Origin: Sminthopsis crassicaudata | Taxonomy: Eukaryota | DNA length: 64,000 bases | NCBI RefSeq assembly: GCF_048593235.1 | Contig: NC_133618.1 | Span: 676,370,361-676,434,360, forward strand | Reading direction: 5' to 3' | Shown here: positions 60,410-64,000 of the stretch, one piece after another | How the letters are laid out: the number at the start of each line of letters is the position of its first letter | Position numbering within the stretch: the first letter of the stretch is position 1 | Made by a program: the position numbers and the translations under genes | The notes under the pieces: generated by a model | Database searches by the model: none | What the model was told of the DNA's origin: nothing | What the model saw: only the letters and a program-made list of their open reading frames with translations

Positions 60410-60645
60410 GCTGCTGGATGGCACAGTGGCTGGGGCACTGGGTCTGGAATCAAGAAGGCCTAAGTTTGAATTTGGCCACAGATACTAATTAGCTGTGTGA
60501 CCTTGGGCAGGCCACTGACCCGTGTTTGCCTCAGTTTCCTCATCTGTAAAAAGAACAGAAGTGGTAAAACCCTCCAGTATCCAGAAAACCCAAATGGGGT
60601 CACAAAGGGGCAAAAGTGACTAAAACCACGGAACCACAAGAAACT
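60410..60645 (+). mobile_element. Mar1-type CORE-SINE
   Basis: gctgtgtgaccttgggcagg...gcctcagtttcctcatctgtaaaa...ctccagtatccagaaaacccaaatggggtcac. Confidence 0.85.
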
Positions 60646-61879
60646 ATATTGTCAAAGAAAATGTTAATTGAGGCCTTTCTACTCATTTGTTCATTCATCT
60701 ACATAGAGTTTTAAATTATTCTGTACCTACTATGTGCAGGACGCTGCTAGATCTTTAGGGTTTAGATCTCTGCCCTCAGGGGATTTCAGATTTGGTGACA
60801 GACTAAGAGAAACAGGAAAGGAAATCATTCACGTGTTTATGGGACAAGGGTTCCAGTGAAGGGCAGCAGTCAATCCTACAGGGCTTATGGGGAAGCTGGG
60901 GTCTTCCTGTATCCACAGACGTTAATCAGTTTTCCCTGCTGTGATATTTAAAGGTTTGTGGTTGGTTTTTTAATTGGTATTTTGATATCTTACTTCTCTC
61001 ACGTGGCCATATTTATTGCCACCTTTTTGTGGCAGCTTCCCATGGATTTCTTAGCCTTCTACCAGGTCACTTTGGTCCTCATCTCCACAATATTGATATC
61101 CTAATGCTGTGTTTCCCCAGCCCTCCCTCTGCCGACTTTATCCCTTATAAAGAGCTTTGCTGTGTGTCAGACTAGTCTTTGGGGCTCAGGGAGCAGCGCT
61201 CCTGCCCCTCCTGCTTTTGCCTTCGGGATTTTTGTTCCCTGGACAGACTATGCTTTGCATTCACGGGACTTGTGGGGGTCCCTCGCCAGGGCTGGGTCCC
61301 CAACCATCCAGCCACATTCTGTTCTGTGAGTGGCTGGCCCTTTATTTGGGAACCACGGGCTTATTATGTCTCAAGGATGATGGGTTTATTATGTATCAGG
61401 AGCAAGGGCTGCCATACTAAAAATGCTCCAAATCACAAATAATTAGATAAATGCATATTTAAGCAACTGTGAGCTTTCATCTCATACCCATCAGCGTGGC
61501 AAAGATTACAAAAGAGTTAAGTCAAAGGTTCGGCAAGGATTTTGCCTAGATGAGGAACACCTGGTTTATGGAAAGAAGTGGGACATTAGCAATTCTTACT
61601 TATCCCCATGGTTCCTTCATGGCCCAAACTGCCTTCATGAACCATTTATCAATGTCTCTTCTGAAAAATCAAAATCGCTGATTTTGTATGCACCAGCACC
61701 GACTGGCACTTAGACTTAAAGGTACTTAGAAAATGCAAGTGCTTTGGGGAGACTCACTGAGCTGTGCTTTCATCCTTTCCGATCCTTTTGGACCCTGGAG
61801 AAGCACTTCAGAATGCTCCTTCCTTACTCCACCAAAGTGGCCACACACTTTATTTTGATATTGGTAGTAAATGCAAAGA

Positions 61880-62066
61880 TAACAGAAGAGAGACAGACAT
61901 AGAGACAGAGACATAGGCAGAGACAGAGACAGACACAGACAGAGATAGAGAAAGAGAAGCAGAGACAGACACACATGCAGAGACAGACACAGAGACACAG
62001 ACAGAGATAGAATCACAGAGACAGAGACACAAAGACAGAAACATAGAGACAGACACAAAAGACAGA
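61880..62066 (+). repeat. (GAGACA/GACA)n low-complexity tract
   Basis: Directly visible. Confidence 0.93.
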
Positions 62067-62439
62067 AAAAGTTTAATTATTCTGGCAGAATCCAAGCCAG
62101 AATACATCACTGTTCATGGTAAATAGAATGAGAACAATCTACACTAATAAATTATTTTTTAATAATTCCCATGCTTCTTTCTGAAATAGAGACTCAAATT
62201 TGGATGTCCAAATTTTCGGGTCTTGTGTGACTAAAAGTCACGCAATGCTAGTCTCCAAAATACTGAATTTGAGGAGGGCTGAAGGGCAATATGTATAAGT
62301 TCATTGGGGGTGTAGGCTTGCTGCAGTATGTTGTGAGTGAGGAATTGTGAAGAAATGGTAAAAATTAATTTCATTGAATAAATATAAGTATGAAAAGATG
62401 ATGGATTTACTATGTATCAGGAGCAAGGGCTGCCATGTT

Positions 62440-63260
62440 AAAAAAAATGCTTCAAATCATAAATAATTAGAATCCCATATCCATCAGAGCGGCAAAAATT
62501 GCAAAAGAGTTAATTGACCAATGTTGGAAGAACTGGGAGAGAACAAGCACATCAATGTACTGTTTGTTGGTGGAGTTGTGAACTGGTTTAGTCATTCTGG
62601 AAAGCAGTTTGGCACTATGCTGGAAAAGTTACTAAACTATAAATGCCCTGTGACTCAATGATACACTACTGGGTCTATATCTCAACAAAGAAGAGAAAAA
62701 AAGGGGAAAACTCCCAAATGTGCAAAGATGTTTACAGTAGCTCTTTTTTATAGTTACAAAGAGCTCGTTAACTGAGGAACGAGCCATCAATTCGATGAGT
62801 GGACAAATCATGTCATAAGAATATGAGTACTATTTCATTATGTTATTTCACTATAATAATGATAAAAAGTTTCAGAAAAACCTGGGAAGACTTACTATTA
62901 ACTTATACATTCTGAAGGGAGCAGAATCAGGAAGACATTTTCTATTATAATAAGATTGTAAAAATGCACAATTTTGAAAGATTTAAGAGCTCTGATCAAT
63001 CACTCATCATTCCAGAGGATCAGTGGTAAAGACTCATGCCCACCTTCTGACAGAGAGGTGATGGACTCGATATTCAGAACGAGACATTTTTGAACGTCTT
63101 ATTTGATCATTTGTATTGCTCGCCTGTCAATATTTGTTGTTAGGTTTTTCTCCTAGTGGGAAAGGGAAAAGAGGTAGGAGAGGGGAAAAATGCTTGATAA
63201 TTGAAAAAATTTTTAAAGAAGAACTGGAGATAATTAATGGATTGCTCATGAATTTTTTGG
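62440..63260 (+). mobile_element. Old L1 ORF2 C-terminus and 3' UTR
   Basis: aaaatgcttcaaatcataaataattag...ttggtggagttgtgaactgg...cattctggaaagcagtttgg...cactactgggtctatatc. Confidence 0.8.
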
Positions 63261-63329
63261 TTATTCTCTTGATATCAAGAGAAAATGAGGCTGACTCCTA
63301 GCACATTGGATAAGACCCCTCCTCTTCCC

Positions 63330-64000
63330 TTCATCATGCTGAACTTTAAAGCAGGATGGTTCTATTGAAATCTATACCATTAGAGAGAACGTCTACTTTG
63401 ATGAAATTATTGATCTATTTTGTCATTTGGGTGCTTAAATAATTTTTCTGTGACAGGAAGATATTCCTGAAATTAGGAAGAAAATAACAAAAACATTTAT
63501 CAGGGAGCTGAAAGAACAGATAAATGACATGGTGATGAGAGAATCTAACTAGTTTCTATGCTTTCAAGGCATTAAGCCTGAGAAAACTACATCACAATGT
63601 ACTTAGATCTGACAAATGTGATTACTGAGCCAAGGTGAGTGATCTTTGAAAAATTTCGAAGATGAGAAAAGCACCATGGGAAGAGAAAATGTCGACTGTT
63701 GTCCCATTTTTCCAAAGAGGGAAAAGACCAGTATATACAAAATACATGGATCAGTGACATTGCTTGGCAAAATTTAAAGATGACCCCTCAAAAGGAAGAC
63801 TTATGAGAATTAAGAAAGGGAAGCAGTGATCACTGAGAACCAGCATGACTTCATCAAGTATAGATCTCTGACAATGTAAGCTTATTTTCTTTTTTAACAG
63901 ACTTACCAGATTAATGGGATCAGATGAAAGTTGCAGAGAGAGTATTCTTAGATTTCAGCGAGCCATTGCCAAAATTTTTCACACTGACCTGGATGATGGG
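63330..64000 (+). mobile_element. CR1/L3 reverse transcriptase fossil (runs off the window)
   Basis: gtcccatttttccaaagagggaaaag (VPIFKKG), aaccagcatgacttcatcaag (NQHGF.K) and ttcttagatttcagcgagccatt (YLDFSKAF). Confidence 0.8.

Noticed and set aside
27047-60645. tRNA genes suggested by GAGTTCAAATCC (B-box) motifs
   Set aside because: All such motifs are tRNA-derived heads of MIR/Mar1 SINEs, followed by CORE sequence rather than a cloverleaf.
12200-64000. NPS (neuropeptide S) or another downstream gene, or an endogenous viral ORF
   Set aside because: I saw no SFRNGVG-type peptide on the + strand, and no gag/pol/env or non-retroviral viral peptide in the ORF track. Very short exons could be missed; tblastn would settle it.

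Overview
Mammalian genomic DNA from a scaffolded assembly with three N gaps, almost certainly a marsupial. The evidence is Mar1-type CORE-SINEs with BovB/RTE tails, RTE LINEs and marsupial-type L1 3' ends; a dasyurid is my guess from memory of L1 tails and is unverified. Bases 1-12.1 kb hold the 3' end of DOCK1 (DOCK180) on the + strand: the last four coding exons (293-491, 4265-4415, 5935-6086, 10904-10999) splice in frame through GT-AG introns into the proline-rich Crk-binding tail ending ...RKQASVDSGIVQ*. A ~1.1-kb 3'UTR follows, with AATAAA at 12111. The remaining ~52 kb is intergenic: layered L1, L2, L3/CR1, RTE/BovB, MIR and Mar1 fossils, simple repeats, two minisatellites and several unique-looking islands that may be enhancers. 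I found no second protein-coding gene; NPS, the next gene in the human synteny, is not visible. I also found no RNA gene, no CRISPR array and nothing I can honestly call a new biological system. The best leads are all hypotheses: a perfect 33-bp palindrome carrying two inverted AP-1/ARE sites in an LTR-like segment (26472-26504); a candidate 17-nt frameshifting micro-exon in the last DOCK1 intron (7535-7551); a young L1 insertion with a perfect 15-bp TSD (57297-57863); a 52-bp VNTR; and several exact palindromes. Repeat family names come from recalled consensus motifs, not a database search, and repeat boundaries are approximate.
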